Assembly: GCA_030650025.1 (NCBI GenBank)
Contig: JAUSEN010000007.1
Span: 9,472 to 73,471, forward strand
Direction: 5' to 3'
From: Candidatus Magasanikiibacteriota bacterium
Lineage (GTDB): Bacteria; Patescibacteriota; Patescibacteriia; Magasanikbacterales; GWA2-37-8
DNA: 64,000 nt
In this document: piece by piece, positions 9,181 through 19,369 of the stretch
Layout: every line of letters begins with the position of its first letter
How positions within the stretch are numbered: position 1 is the stretch's first letter
Made by a program: the position numbers and the translations under genes
The notes under the pieces: model-generated
Seen by the model: only the letters and a program-made list of their open reading frames with translations
Database searches by the model: none
What the model was told of the DNA's origin: nothing

Positions 9181-10290
9181 ATGAAGACAAACTTCTTCAA
9201 AGTCTACACCAAATCCGCAGGAATACTTGCGACTTTGGGGGCACTAGCTTTGAGCGCCGGCTCGGCTATGGCTGTGTCATCAATTGGTACTGACATTACC
9301 ACTGGCGGCATCATCACTGCCACGGGCGCTGGCCGCTTTGGCACAGGTTCGAATGTAACCGGCACTTTAGCAGTCACGGGCGTCTCCACCTTAACCGGTG
9401 AAGTCAACGCCGGGGCCGCTATCACTGCCACGGGCGCGGGTCGCTTTGGCACCGGTTCGAATGTTACCGGCACTTTAGCAGTTACGGGCGCGGCTACCTT
9501 GGATAGCGCTGTCATTACCAACAATGATACAGTGGGCGGCATCTTGAGCGTCACGGGCGCTGGTCGCTTTGGCACAGCCTCAAATGTAACCGGCACTTTA
9601 GCAGTTACTGGCGCGGCTACTTTGGATAGCGCCATTGTCACCAACAATACGGGAATCGGTGGCATCTTGAGCGTCACAGGCGCTGGTCGCTTTGGCACAG
9701 CCTCAAATGTTACCGGCACTTTAGCAGTTACTGGCGCGGCTACTTTGGATAGCGCTGTCATTACCAACAACGATACAGTTGGCGGCGTTTTGAGCGTCAC
9801 GGGAGCTGGCCGCTTTGGCACAGCCTCAAATGTAACCGGTACCCTAACAGTCACGGGCGTCTCCACCTTAACCGGTGAAGTCAATGCCGGAGCCGCTATC
9901 ACTGCCACGGGCGCGGGCCGCTTTGGCACAGGTACAAATGTAACCGGTACTTTAGCAGTTACGGGCAATACCACCTTGGTAACCACTACCTATAGTGGTG
10001 GCGGGTGGACCGGTGCGGCCATTAGTGCGGTTTTATCTGGCACGGCTTCCCTCTCTTTCACTGAAACGATTACTGATATCTGCCAAACTCTCACCATAGC
10101 TGTTACCGGAGCGCGCGATGGCGATGTGGTGGCGTTAGGTGTGCCGACGGCGGCGGCGGCGACTGTTTCCACCACCTTCTTCGGTTGGGTATCGGCAAAT
10201 GACACTGTGTCCGTCAAACGTTGTAACGTAGCGGCCACCACCGCGCCGGGCGCTGTAACAGTCCGGGCGGTTGTCTGGAAGTTCGATTAA
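9181..10290 (+). CDS. Secreted Thr/Gly-rich protein with about seven tandem 40-aa repeats, possibly beta-helical and surface-exposed
   Basis: Signal peptide MKTNFFKVYTKSAGILATLGALALSAGSAMA. The repeated unit is ITATGAGRFGTGSNVTGTLAVTGxxTLxxxVxxxxxxGG. The antisense ORF 9204..9986 is an artefact of the repeat. Confidence 0.55.
   Translation: MKTNFFKVYTKSAGILATLGALALSAGSAMAVSSIGTDITTGGIITATGAGRFGTGSNVTGTLAVTGVSTLTGEVNAGAAITATGAGRFGTGSNVTGTLAVTGAATLDSAVITNNDTVGGILSVTGAGRFGTASNVTGTLAVTGAATLDSAIVTNNTGIGGILSVTGAGRFGTASNVTGTLAVTGAATLDSAVITNNDTVGGVLSVTGAGRFGTASNVTGTLTVTGVSTLTGEVNAGAAITATGAGRFGTGTNVTGTLAVTGNTTLVTTTYSGGGWTGAAISAVLSGTASLSFTETITDICQTLTIAVTGARDGDVVALGVPTAAAATVSTTFFGWVSANDTVSVKRCNVAATTAPGAVTVRAVVWKFD
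9290..9960 (+). repeat. Intragenic tandem DNA repeats of about 120 bp (about 6 copies)
   Basis: Recurrent ggcgctggccgctttggcacaggttcgaatgtaaccggcactttagcagtcacgggcg with small variations. Confidence 0.7.
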
Positions 10291-10461
10291 TTTAATTTAG
10301 CAATGAGAGTGTGCCTTTCTTGAGTTAACTTGGTTTGGTGGGGAGTTTTAAAAGACTCCCCGCTTCACCAAAGGATTCAAAAAGACAGCCAGTCCTCTAA
10401 AAAGGTCGGGCACGAGGCATGGCGCACCTCACTAACCCTACTTAAAATATAGAGATAAACT

Positions 10462-11904
10462 ATGAATAAGAAATTACTTGGACTTCTTGGAACAATAGGG
10501 GCGTTGGTGTTTCCGGTGCTGGTCTTGGCCGCTTTTAACACGGTCACCTTTATTCAAAATACTGACATACCGCTTAGTGATGGGAACGGCAGTATAATCT
10601 TGATCGTGACGAGCACCTCTAACATAGCCAGCACGACCATTGGCACCGGCTCATTGGATATAGGCCTGGAAAGCGGTTCGGAGATTACTCTGATGACCGC
10701 CAGCAAAAGAGTGCTGTTGGTTAGTCCCGCGATCGCGACTTTTACTTGTGGAGCAACGACCTCTACTGTAACTCTTACATCGGCTTCAACTCAAAATGTT
10801 ACCATAACATTGGGAGACTACTGTATACGCAGTTTTTCCGCCACTTCATTTTTTCAAGCGGCGGTTCCAACGATACCACTCTCTTGGAGCGGATCGTCGA
10901 GTGTATACTATGTCACCACTACTTTAGCTAGCACCGGCGCGACTGTAAGTTCGGCGACAACTTCGGCGCAAACTTATAATGTGACCGCGGGCTTAAATTG
11001 TGGCTTTACGTATGTCGTGTATGTACATGGTCAAACTGGTGCTTTAAGTTCCAATTTAGTTTCGGCGAGTGTGCAAACTTACCTTTGCCCGGGTCAGTCA
11101 GTGTTGCCCCAGGCGTCTTCTGGCGGTGGCGGCGCGTCACCGGCTTTGGCCACACCGACTCCGGTAACCACCACGACTGTTCCGGTTCCAACTACCACCA
11201 CTACTTTAACTCCCACTTCTCCAATACCACCTGCTCCATTGGCTACTCCAGCGGTAACTACTCCGTTTGGCACGAAGCCCGCGTCTTGCCCGGCAATTTT
11301 GCCTGGCGACATGATAAAGGTGGTAGGGAAAGCGCCAATCTATGTTGTGAACAAGGCCTTCCAGACGCTTTACTTCCCCAGCGGCAATGAGTTTAAGAGC
11401 TGGAATATGGACGACAAGTATGGCGGTTACACCAGTATCTCGCAAACTTGTTTTGATGACCTAAAATTACCAGTGATGTTCCCGCTGGCGGTAAACTTCC
11501 GCCCGGGTAGTTTTGTGGTAAAGAAGGCCACTTCACCGCAGTTGTATGTTGTCTTACCAGGCAATTCCTTGGCGAAGATAACAGCGAGCGCGGCCAGGGC
11601 TTTATATGGAGCGACTTATCGGCCCGTGGTAGTTTCGAGTCTATTCTGGCCTAGCTATGTCAAGAGTGGCGCTGATATTACGGCCAGCAAACCACACGAA
11701 GGCATGTTGGTCAGTAATGGCGGGAAAAAATGGTATGTGGACGCCGGGCTAGTACTGCGCGAGGTCACAACTTCTGGCATGTCAGCTAACCGCTTCAAGC
11801 AAGCCTTTGTGCACCCAGCGACTGACGCGATGATTTCCGGCTTTACTAAGGGTGGCGTGATAACAGCCTTAGAAGCCAAATTTGCTAGTCGTATTTCGGA
11901 TTAG
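10462..11904 (+). CDS. Secreted Ser/Thr-rich protein with a Pro/Thr linker
   Basis: Signal peptide MNKKLLGLLGTIGALVFPVLVLAAF. Central linker PTPVTTTTVPVPTTTTTLTPTSPIPPAPLATPAVTTP. Confidence 0.5.
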   Translation: MNKKLLGLLGTIGALVFPVLVLAAFNTVTFIQNTDIPLSDGNGSIILIVTSTSNIASTTIGTGSLDIGLESGSEITLMTASKRVLLVSPAIATFTCGATTSTVTLTSASTQNVTITLGDYCIRSFSATSFFQAAVPTIPLSWSGSSSVYYVTTTLASTGATVSSATTSAQTYNVTAGLNCGFTYVVYVHGQTGALSSNLVSASVQTYLCPGQSVLPQASSGGGGASPALATPTPVTTTTVPVPTTTTTLTPTSPIPPAPLATPAVTTPFGTKPASCPAILPGDMIKVVGKAPIYVVNKAFQTLYFPSGNEFKSWNMDDKYGGYTSISQTCFDDLKLPVMFPLAVNFRPGSFVVKKATSPQLYVVLPGNSLAKITASAARALYGATYRPVVVSSLFWPSYVKSGADITASKPHEGMLVSNGGKKWYVDAGLVLREVTTSGMSANRFKQAFVHPATDAMISGFTKGGVITALEAKFASRISD

Positions 11905-11944
11905 CATCTTCGGATTAGTATCTTAAGCATCGTAGTTAATAGCA

Positions 11945-11976
11945 AACACCCGCCTCATCGGCGGGTGTTTTGTTTG
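11945..11976 (+). terminator. Rho-independent terminator
   Basis: ACACCCGCC-tcatc-GGCGGGTGT followed by TTTTGTTT. Confidence 0.8.
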
Positions 11977-12029
11977 CGTAATTTATGGTTTTTTGCTAAA
12001 ATTAAGGCACTTAAGTGTAAATAATATTT

Positions 12030-13412
12030 ATGCGTGATTTAGTTTTGGAAACGACAAAAAAAGTGGGGCAAGAGGTGGTTTTAAAGGGTTGGGTGAACGC
12101 ACGGCGCAATATGGGAAAAATTGTGTTTTTGGATTTGCGCGATCGCTCTGGCATTGTGCAAGTCGTTGGCGTGCCGGCGGAATTGAGCGCCGAGAGCCAA
12201 GAGAGATTAAAAGAAATTCGGCCCGAGTGGGTAGTTGAAATCAGAGGAGTAGTAAATGAGCGCGGGGAGAAGCAAAAAAATCCGGCCATGCCCACGGGTT
12301 TGGTGGAAGTTTTGGCTAAAGAGTTAATTGTGTTAAATACGGCCGAAACGCCGCCGTTTGAGATTGATAAAGACACGAGTGGCATTTCCGAGGAACTGCG
12401 CTTGAAATATCGCTATTTGGATTTGAGAAGTGACAGAATGATTAAAAATTTGGACAGGCGGCATTTGGTAGTGAAATTTATCCGGGATTATTTGTCGGCG
12501 CGCGGTTTTATTGAGGTGGAAACGCCCTTGTTAACCAAAGGCACTCCCGAAGGCGCGCGAGAATTTATCGTGCCCTCGCGCTTGCACGCTGGCAAATTTT
12601 ATGTTTTGCCCCAGTCGCCCCAGCAGTTTAAGCAGTTGTTGATGGTAGCGGGAGTAGAAAAATATTTTCAAATCGCGCGAGCGCTCCGCGATGAGGACCA
12701 GCGAGGCGACCGCCAACCCGAACACACTCAACTAGACATTGAAATGAGTTTTGTGACGCAAGATGATGTTTTAAATTTGGTAGAAGATTTATTCACGGCT
12801 TTAGTGAAAGAAAAATTTCCCAATAAAATTCTGTCGTTAGCTTCGTTCCCGCGCATTTCTTACGATGAGTGCCTTAAAAAATATGGCACCGATAAGCCCG
12901 ATCTCCGCGCCGACAAAAATAACCCACACGAGCTAGCCTTCGCCTGGATCGTTGATTTCCCCATGTTTGAAAAAGATGAGAACGGGAATATTCAGGCTAT
13001 GCACCACCCGTTTTGCGCTCCCCAAGAGCCCGAATTATTGGATTCTGACCCGCTTAAAATGCACGCGGCGCAATATGATTTGGTATTGAATGGTTATGAG
13101 CTGGCTTCGGGCAGTATCCGCATTCATAATAGCGAATTGCAATCCAAAATATTCAAAATTATGGGGCTATCCGCAGAGGAAGCGCAAAATAAATTTGGCC
13201 ATATGCTGGAAGCGTTTACATACGGCGCTCCGCCGCACGGCGGTATTGCTCCCGGCATTGACCGTTTGGTAATGCTTTTAGCCGGAGAGCCAAATATTCG
13301 CGAAGTGATTGCCTTTCCTAAAACCGGGGATGCCAGAGATTTGATGATGAGCGCGCCCTCGGATTTGCCCGAACAGGCGCTTAAAGACGCGCATATTAAG
13401 ATTGTGAAATAA
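12030..13412 (+). CDS. aspS: Aspartate--tRNA ligase, short archaeal/AsnRS-like class IIb type, possibly non-discriminating
   Basis: N-terminal OB fold (GWVNARRNMGKIVFLDLRDRSGIVQVV). Class II motifs FRAE-like and GAPPHGGIAPGIDRLVMLL. At 460 aa it is short compared with bacterial-type AspRS. Confidence 0.75.
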   Translation: MRDLVLETTKKVGQEVVLKGWVNARRNMGKIVFLDLRDRSGIVQVVGVPAELSAESQERLKEIRPEWVVEIRGVVNERGEKQKNPAMPTGLVEVLAKELIVLNTAETPPFEIDKDTSGISEELRLKYRYLDLRSDRMIKNLDRRHLVVKFIRDYLSARGFIEVETPLLTKGTPEGAREFIVPSRLHAGKFYVLPQSPQQFKQLLMVAGVEKYFQIARALRDEDQRGDRQPEHTQLDIEMSFVTQDDVLNLVEDLFTALVKEKFPNKILSLASFPRISYDECLKKYGTDKPDLRADKNNPHELAFAWIVDFPMFEKDENGNIQAMHHPFCAPQEPELLDSDPLKMHAAQYDLVLNGYELASGSIRIHNSELQSKIFKIMGLSAEEAQNKFGHMLEAFTYGAPPHGGIAPGIDRLVMLLAGEPNIREVIAFPKTGDARDLMMSAPSDLPEQALKDAHIKIVK

Positions 13413-13483
13413 ATTTAGTAATGGCGTTGAGTAGGGACAGGGCAATGCCCTGTCCCTACCAGAGATGTTAATAAAATAACAAA

Positions 13484-14176
13484 ATGCCGATAGATTTAAA
13501 ACTGGAAAAATTTGCCGGGCCGCTGGATTTGCTCCTGCAGTTGATTGGCGAGGACAAATTGAATATAACGGACGTGGCGCTAGCGAAAGTAACCGAGCAA
13601 TATCTGGCTTATTTAAATACGCTTGAGCACGAGCGCCCGGACGAACTGGCGGATTTTTTGGTGGTGGCCACGCGCCTGGTGTTTATGAAGTCGCGGGAAT
13701 TATTGCCCGTGTTAACGCCGGATGAAGATGAGGGGATTTCTTTGGCCGAACAGCTGAAAATGTACCAAAAATTTGTAGTGGCGAGCAAAGTAGTCTTGGC
13801 GCTGTGGGAGCGAAAGCTCTTGGCCTATGGCCGGGCAGAGCCGCTATTAAGACCAGCCGCTTTTGTGCTCCCGGCTAACGCGCGAGCGCAAAATTTACGC
13901 GTTGCCATAGGCGAACTGCTTAAGCGGCTGAAGCCAGTGGCGCCCTTGCCCGAGGTGTCGATTGACAAAAGCATAACTTTGCGCGAGCGGATTCAGAAGA
14001 TATTTGATTTTTTACGGCAATGGAAGAAAATTAGTTTCCGCGAATTATTTAAAGGGGCGAAAAATAAAACTGAAATAATCGTGGGTTTTTTGGCATTACT
14101 CGAGTTAATGAAACAAGATAAAATTGCCATTTCGCAACCGCAGGCATTTAGTGATATGGAAATTAAACACGTGTAA
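13484..14176 (+). CDS. scpA: Segregation and condensation protein A
   Basis: N-terminus KLEKFAGPLDLLLQLIGEDKLNITDVALAKVTEQYLAYL is typical ScpA. It is adjacent to scpB. Confidence 0.8.
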   Translation: MPIDLKLEKFAGPLDLLLQLIGEDKLNITDVALAKVTEQYLAYLNTLEHERPDELADFLVVATRLVFMKSRELLPVLTPDEDEGISLAEQLKMYQKFVVASKVVLALWERKLLAYGRAEPLLRPAAFVLPANARAQNLRVAIGELLKRLKPVAPLPEVSIDKSITLRERIQKIFDFLRQWKKISFRELFKGAKNKTEIIVGFLALLELMKQDKIAISQPQAFSDMEIKHV

Positions 14177-14224
14177 ATAGGAAACTAGATTCCCGCTGGC
14201 GCGGGAATGACAGAATAATATTTT

Positions 14225-14797
14225 TTGGTTAATAAAAATATGAATGAATTGGTTAGAAAAATTGAAACGATATTATTTGTGGCGGGGAAGCCGGTGAGTG
14301 TTAAAAAATTGGCCAAAGTTTTAGTGGTCACGGAAGCGGCGATTAGCGCGGCGCTCTTGGAGTTAACAAATAAATATCCCGCCGGGGCGGGGGTGGTGCT
14401 ATTCAACAGCGGCGATGAGTGGCAGTTAGTTTCTAACCCTGAAGAACGGGAATTAGCGGAACAATTTATTAAAGCCGAGGCGAGCGGCGACTTAACCAGG
14501 CCGCAGCTCGAAGCTTTAACCGTAGTGGCGTACTCGGGACCTATTACCAAGCCAGAGTTAGAAGCGATTCGCGGAGTAAACTGCAGCCTGATTTTGCATA
14601 ATTTACTGATACGAGGCTTGGTAGAGGAGCGCGAAGACAGCCTGGAGCTTTTGCCCACTTATGAAGTCACCATGGAATATTTGCGGCATTTGGGGGTAGA
14701 GAGAGTTACGGAATTGCCGGATTACGCTACTCTGCACGCGCATGATTACATAACTAAAGCTTTGGCAGCGGAGCCATCTGCCAGCGTAGTAACATAA
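14225..14797 (+). CDS. scpB: Segregation and condensation protein B
   Basis: ELVRKIETILFVAGKPVSVKKLAKVL is the ScpB winged-helix signature. Confidence 0.8.
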   Translation: MVNKNMNELVRKIETILFVAGKPVSVKKLAKVLVVTEAAISAALLELTNKYPAGAGVVLFNSGDEWQLVSNPEERELAEQFIKAEASGDLTRPQLEALTVVAYSGPITKPELEAIRGVNCSLILHNLLIRGLVEEREDSLELLPTYEVTMEYLRHLGVERVTELPDYATLHAHDYITKALAAEPSASVVT

Positions 14798-14805
14798 TAA
14801 GTAAT

Positions 14806-15834
14806 GTGAAAAAATCTTGGTTTGATTTTTTATCTTCGTTTGGTGTGATGATGCTTGGCATCGGGCTTTTGTTTGGAGCGTCGGTTTACTTTGGGCCAGC
14901 GGCGGCGGGCCACCCCCGCCAACTGCCTGTTTCCGCGCCGCGCGCGCTTAATATAAGCCGGGTAGAGGGAGGGGACAGCGTGGGGTTAGAACTGCCGGCT
15001 TCAAAACCGCGCGTGCCAATTAAAAAAGATAGCAGTATTTTTTTGGGTTCATTAACAGCCGCCTCGGCTTTGGTGGTGGACGATGAAACTAACACGGTAC
15101 TGTTTGAAAAAAATAGCAATCGCCCGCGCGCTTTGGCCAGCCTCACCAAGCTGATGACCGCTCTAATATTAAATTCTTTGCCAATCAATTGGCAAGCCAC
15201 CACCACCGTAACTTCGGATGATGTTGACTCGAGCAGTCATCATTTAACAGCAGGCGATGTTTTAACGCTCGATGACCTGTGGCACGCGGCGTTAATCGGG
15301 TCTTCGAATAGCGCCGTCGAAGCCTTGGTCCGAGAGAGCGGAGTTTCGAACGCCAATTTTGTGGATCGCATGAATGCCCGCGCCCGCGAGTTGCGCCTGC
15401 CGAGCCTAGCGTTTACCGAGCCGACGGGGTTAAGCGGGGGCGATGTGGGGTCCGCGTGGGACGCGGCTCGTCTTCTTAAAGAAGCTTTAAAAATTCCGCG
15501 GATTGAACGCGCGCTCATGATCAGCGAGTATTATATCAGGCCGGCGGGCGCCGTTAAAGCGCGCCGCATTTGGAGCACGGATTGGCTGTTAAACAATTGG
15601 ATAGAGAGCGAATTTGGGCCAGACCAAATTGCCGGTAAAACCGGATTTATCGCGGAATCCGGGTATAATTTTGCCGCGCGCTTTACGGGCCGAGCGGGCA
15701 AAAGTGTGCGCGTGGTAATACTGGGGGCGGATACCAATGAAGCGCGCTTTAGCGCCGCGCGCGATTTGGCGAGTTGGGCGTTAAAGGAATATGTTTGGCC
15801 AAGCGACCCAAGTTATTCCGCGATTGTAGAATAA
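14806..15834 (+). CDS. Serine-type D-Ala-D-Ala carboxypeptidase (PBP5-like)
   Basis: SxxK (ASLTKLM), SxN (SSNSA) and KTG (KTGF) motifs in the correct order, with an N-terminal membrane anchor. Confidence 0.75.
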   Translation: MKKSWFDFLSSFGVMMLGIGLLFGASVYFGPAAAGHPRQLPVSAPRALNISRVEGGDSVGLELPASKPRVPIKKDSSIFLGSLTAASALVVDDETNTVLFEKNSNRPRALASLTKLMTALILNSLPINWQATTTVTSDDVDSSSHHLTAGDVLTLDDLWHAALIGSSNSAVEALVRESGVSNANFVDRMNARARELRLPSLAFTEPTGLSGGDVGSAWDAARLLKEALKIPRIERALMISEYYIRPAGAVKARRIWSTDWLLNNWIESEFGPDQIAGKTGFIAESGYNFAARFTGRAGKSVRVVILGADTNEARFSAARDLASWALKEYVWPSDPSYSAIVE

Positions 15835-15849
15835 TTTAGCACTAATCGT

Positions 15850-17037
15850 ATGAAAATAAATTCAATTCGTGACGTCAAAAATTTAGCGGGCAAACGCGTG
15901 TTAGTCCGCGTGGATTTTAACGTGCCGATCAAAAATGGCCAGGTACTCGACGACTATAAAATGCGAAAAAATCTGCCCACGATTAAGTATTTGATAGACA
16001 AGAAGGCAAAACTTATTCTCATGAGCCATTTAGGCATGTTGAGCCCGACTGATCCGCCGCAAAGCTTGCGGCCGGTTGCCAAGCATCTGGAGAAATTGTT
16101 AAAACAGCCGGTAAAATTTGTTCCCTTCAAATTAGGGACAAATCCGGAATTAAAATTGATTGATTTAAAAAATGGGGAGGTGGCGGTTTTAGAGAATGTA
16201 CGCTACGCACCGGACGAAAAAACAAACACGGGAATTTTTGCCAAAGAACTGGCTAAACAGGCGGATTATTATGTCTTGGACGGGTTTGCCTCGGCACACC
16301 GCAATTCTACTTCAGTGGCAGGCGTTGCCAAATATTTGCCAGCCTTCGGAGGTTTGCTTATCACAGAAGAAATTGCCGGTCTTTCTAAAGTCATGGAAAA
16401 ACCTAACCAACCACTCGTAGTACTCATCGGCGGGGCTAAAGCCGAAACCAAGATTTCGGTGGTAAAAAATTTACTTCCGAAAGCCGACTATATTTTAGTG
16501 AGCGGCGGATTTTTCAATACATATTTGTGGGCTAAGGGTTTTAAAGTTGGCGGGTCGCTTATTCAAAAAGAGTTCAAAACCGAAATTTTAAAATATGCCC
16601 AATCAAAAAAATTGATTTTGCCGGTTGACCTGGTCGTGGGCCGGGCGGACGGTAGCGCGGCTCGAGTCGTCCCAATTAACGCGGATTTCAAAATTACTGA
16701 TTCCAAGCTCGCTATTTACGACATTGGCCCGGCCACGGTGCAACTATTCGCGGAATACATTAAACAGGCCGCCACCCTTATTTGGAATGGCGCGATGGGG
16801 CGGTTTGAGGTGCACCCTTACGAGTACGGCACGTTTAGCCTGGCGCGTTTGTTTGCCGCCCGATCCAAGGGCAAGGCGTTTGGCGTTTGCGGCGGCGGGG
16901 AAACAGTGCAAGTGGTGGAAAAATTGAAAGTGGCTGACCAAATTGACCTGGTTTCGACCGGCGGCGGGGCGATGCTAGAGTTTTTGGGCGGTAAAAAACT
17001 TCCCGGTTTCTTGGCCTTGAGTAAAAAAGCGAAATAG
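15850..17037 (+). CDS. pgk: Phosphoglycerate kinase
   Basis: RVDFNVP N-terminal signature and conserved PGK blocks throughout. The start sits in the AATCGTATG context. Confidence 0.9.
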   Translation: MKINSIRDVKNLAGKRVLVRVDFNVPIKNGQVLDDYKMRKNLPTIKYLIDKKAKLILMSHLGMLSPTDPPQSLRPVAKHLEKLLKQPVKFVPFKLGTNPELKLIDLKNGEVAVLENVRYAPDEKTNTGIFAKELAKQADYYVLDGFASAHRNSTSVAGVAKYLPAFGGLLITEEIAGLSKVMEKPNQPLVVLIGGAKAETKISVVKNLLPKADYILVSGGFFNTYLWAKGFKVGGSLIQKEFKTEILKYAQSKKLILPVDLVVGRADGSAARVVPINADFKITDSKLAIYDIGPATVQLFAEYIKQAATLIWNGAMGRFEVHPYEYGTFSLARLFAARSKGKAFGVCGGGETVQVVEKLKVADQIDLVSTGGGAMLEFLGGKKLPGFLALSKKAK

Positions 17038-17096
17038 TGGTATAATATAGTTGTTATTTATTAATGAACGCCGGTAGCGTTTAATAGGAGGGAAAT

Positions 17097-17975
17097 ATGG
17101 CCACTAAAAAAAATATGGACAATAATTTTGCTATGCCGGAAAAAGGCGGCGACACGGAAAGCTCCCACTCGCCCGAGTGTTGTGGGGAAAAAAATGTCTG
17201 GCATTTAGAGTTTGGCAGGCAAATTTTGTGGACGCTGTTTGGCATTCTTTTGGTTTACGTTGTTTTTTATGTGGGAGTCTTGACGCGCAATACTATAAAA
17301 AAATACGATTATATCGGCCTCTCCGACCAAATGGAGCGGACCATTGTGGTTAGTGGTTACGGCAAAGTAAACAGCAGTAATGACATCGCTGTTACTAACC
17401 TTGGCTATTCTAACATTGATAGCGACGTGGCCAAAGCGCAATTGGCTAATAAGAAAGTAATGGATCAAGTGCTGGCGGCTCTCAAAAAATTAGGGATTGA
17501 AGAAAAGGATTTGCAAAGCAGTTACTCAATTTATCCGGAATACAACTACACCCCAGAGAAGGGGCAGGAGTTGCGCAGTTACCGAGTTAACAACGAAGTG
17601 TTAGTAAAAATTCGCAATTTGGCCAATATTCCCGCGGTGCTTAATTTGGCCGGCAAGTATGGCGCTAATCAAGTCGGCGGTTTGTCTTTTACCATCGATG
17701 ACCCCAATAATTTGAAAGCGCTGGCGCGAGCCAAAGCGGTTAAAGACGCGCAAGAAAAAGCGGTGGCGCTAGCCAATCAACTGGGTGTCCGGCTCGTGGC
17801 CGTAGTTTCTTACAATGAATATGACGCCGGGCCGATTTACCCGATGCCTTATGCCGCTATGATGAAAAGCGATATGGGCGGGGGCGGGCCCGAAGTCGCT
17901 CCGGCCCAAGTGGCGGCTGGCAGCCAAGATGTGGCCATGAACGTGAATATTGTTTATAGAATTATTTCTCGGTAA
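17097..17975 (+). CDS. SIMPL/DUF541 family protein (YggE-like)
   Basis: Central and C-terminal blocks (YSIYPEYNY...RSYRVNNEVLVKIRNL...GANQVGGLSFTIDDP...AKAVKDAQEKA) match the SIMPL domain pattern. There is an AGGAGG SD 8 nt upstream of the ATG. Confidence 0.55.
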   Translation: MATKKNMDNNFAMPEKGGDTESSHSPECCGEKNVWHLEFGRQILWTLFGILLVYVVFYVGVLTRNTIKKYDYIGLSDQMERTIVVSGYGKVNSSNDIAVTNLGYSNIDSDVAKAQLANKKVMDQVLAALKKLGIEEKDLQSSYSIYPEYNYTPEKGQELRSYRVNNEVLVKIRNLANIPAVLNLAGKYGANQVGGLSFTIDDPNNLKALARAKAVKDAQEKAVALANQLGVRLVAVVSYNEYDAGPIYPMPYAAMMKSDMGGGGPEVAPAQVAAGSQDVAMNVNIVYRIISR

Positions 17976-17986
17976 AAATAATGTTA

Positions 17987-18016
17987 AAAGACCCCAGAAT
18001 CTGGGGTCTTTTTTGT
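17987..18016 (+). terminator. Rho-independent terminator
   Basis: AGACCCCAG-aat-CTGGGGTCT followed by TTTTTGTTT. Confidence 0.8.
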
Positions 18017-18084
18017 TTAAATAAATTGTGGTATAATTTAATAAAGTTAGATGGGTATAGGATTCATTTTTGACGCGTAATATT

Positions 18085-19332
18085 ATGAAAATTCAGTCTA
18101 TAGAAGCCCGGGAGATTTTGGATTCGCGCGGCAACCCTACCGTGGAAGCCAAGGTGGTTTTGAACGGTGGTAGCGAAGGGAAGGCGGCCGTGCCTTCGGG
18201 GGCCTCGACCGGCGAGCACGAGGACTTAGAATTGCGCGATGGCGGCAAGCGCTATGGCGGTAAAGGCGTTTTAAAGGCTGTAAAAAATGTTAATACCACG
18301 ATTGCTAAGTATTTTAGCAACCGCACAGTTTTAAGCATCCAGGAGCTCGACAAACTGCTCGATAAATTAGATGGCACGGATAATAAGTCTAACTTAGGCG
18401 CGAACGCGACTTTGGCAGTGTCTTTGGCCGCGACTCGGGCGTTCGCGAGCGAAGCTAAATTGCCGCTTTATCGTTATATTAGGCAGGCTTTTCAGATTCC
18501 GTTTAAGGATTATCGTTTGCCAGTGCCAATGATTAATATTCTTAATGGCGGCCGGCACGCGGACAATGGGCTCACGGTGCAGGAGTTTTTAATAATGCCG
18601 CGCCATAAGGAAATGCGCGAACGCGTCAGAATGGGTTCGCAAATTTTTCATTCGCTGGCCAATATTTTGAGCCAAAAAGGTTTTTCTACGGCGGTCGGCG
18701 ATGAGGGCGGCTTTGCCCCCGAACTCGCTAATAATGAACGCGGGCTGCAACTGATTATGGAAGCGATTCGGGCGGCGGGCTTTGAACCGGGCAAGCATGT
18801 GTGGTTGGGGCTAGACGTGGCGGCTTCGGAATTTTATCGCCACGGTAATTATTATTTTTTGGGTAAAAAACAAGGCTGGCGGCCAGAAAAAATGATCCAA
18901 CTGTTAACGGCTTGGGTTAAGAAATATCCTTTGCTTTCGATAGAAGATGGTTTAGCCGAGGATGACTGGAAAAATTGGCAAACGCTCACGCGCGAACTCG
19001 GTAAGAAAGTTTTGCTGGTGGGAGATGATTTGTTTGTTACTAACGTCGATCGTTTAAATCGCGGCATTAAAGAGCGCGTGGCCAACGCGATTTTAATTAA
19101 AGTCAATCAAATCGGGACCCTCACCGACACAGTCGAAGCAGTTAGGCTGGCGCAAACGAGCGGGTATCAAATAGCAGTTTCGCACCGGAGCGGTGAAACC
19201 GCGGATACGTTTATCGCGGATTTAGCGGTGGCCGTGAACGCGGAATTTATTAAAACCGGTTCCATGTCGCGTTCGGAGCGGGTGGAGAAATATAATCGTT
19301 TGATGGAAATAGAAGCGGAGTTGAATGGGTAA
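18085..19332 (+). CDS. eno: Enolase
   Basis: MKIQSIEAREILDSRGNPTVEA is the enolase N-terminus. The ATG at 18085 is preferred over the upstream TTG. Confidence 0.9.
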   Translation: MKIQSIEAREILDSRGNPTVEAKVVLNGGSEGKAAVPSGASTGEHEDLELRDGGKRYGGKGVLKAVKNVNTTIAKYFSNRTVLSIQELDKLLDKLDGTDNKSNLGANATLAVSLAATRAFASEAKLPLYRYIRQAFQIPFKDYRLPVPMINILNGGRHADNGLTVQEFLIMPRHKEMRERVRMGSQIFHSLANILSQKGFSTAVGDEGGFAPELANNERGLQLIMEAIRAAGFEPGKHVWLGLDVAASEFYRHGNYYFLGKKQGWRPEKMIQLLTAWVKKYPLLSIEDGLAEDDWKNWQTLTRELGKKVLLVGDDLFVTNVDRLNRGIKERVANAILIKVNQIGTLTDTVEAVRLAQTSGYQIAVSHRSGETADTFIADLAVAVNAEFIKTGSMSRSERVEKYNRLMEIEAELNG

Positions 19333-19369
19333 GTAGCCAGATTCGAGCGGGGGGAAGTTTGTTGTATTT

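Noticed and set aside
9204-9986. 261-aa antisense ORF inside the tandem-repeat gene
   Set aside because: It is produced by the 120-bp repeats lacking stops on the opposite strand. The plus-strand frame has a signal peptide and a coherent repeat protein.
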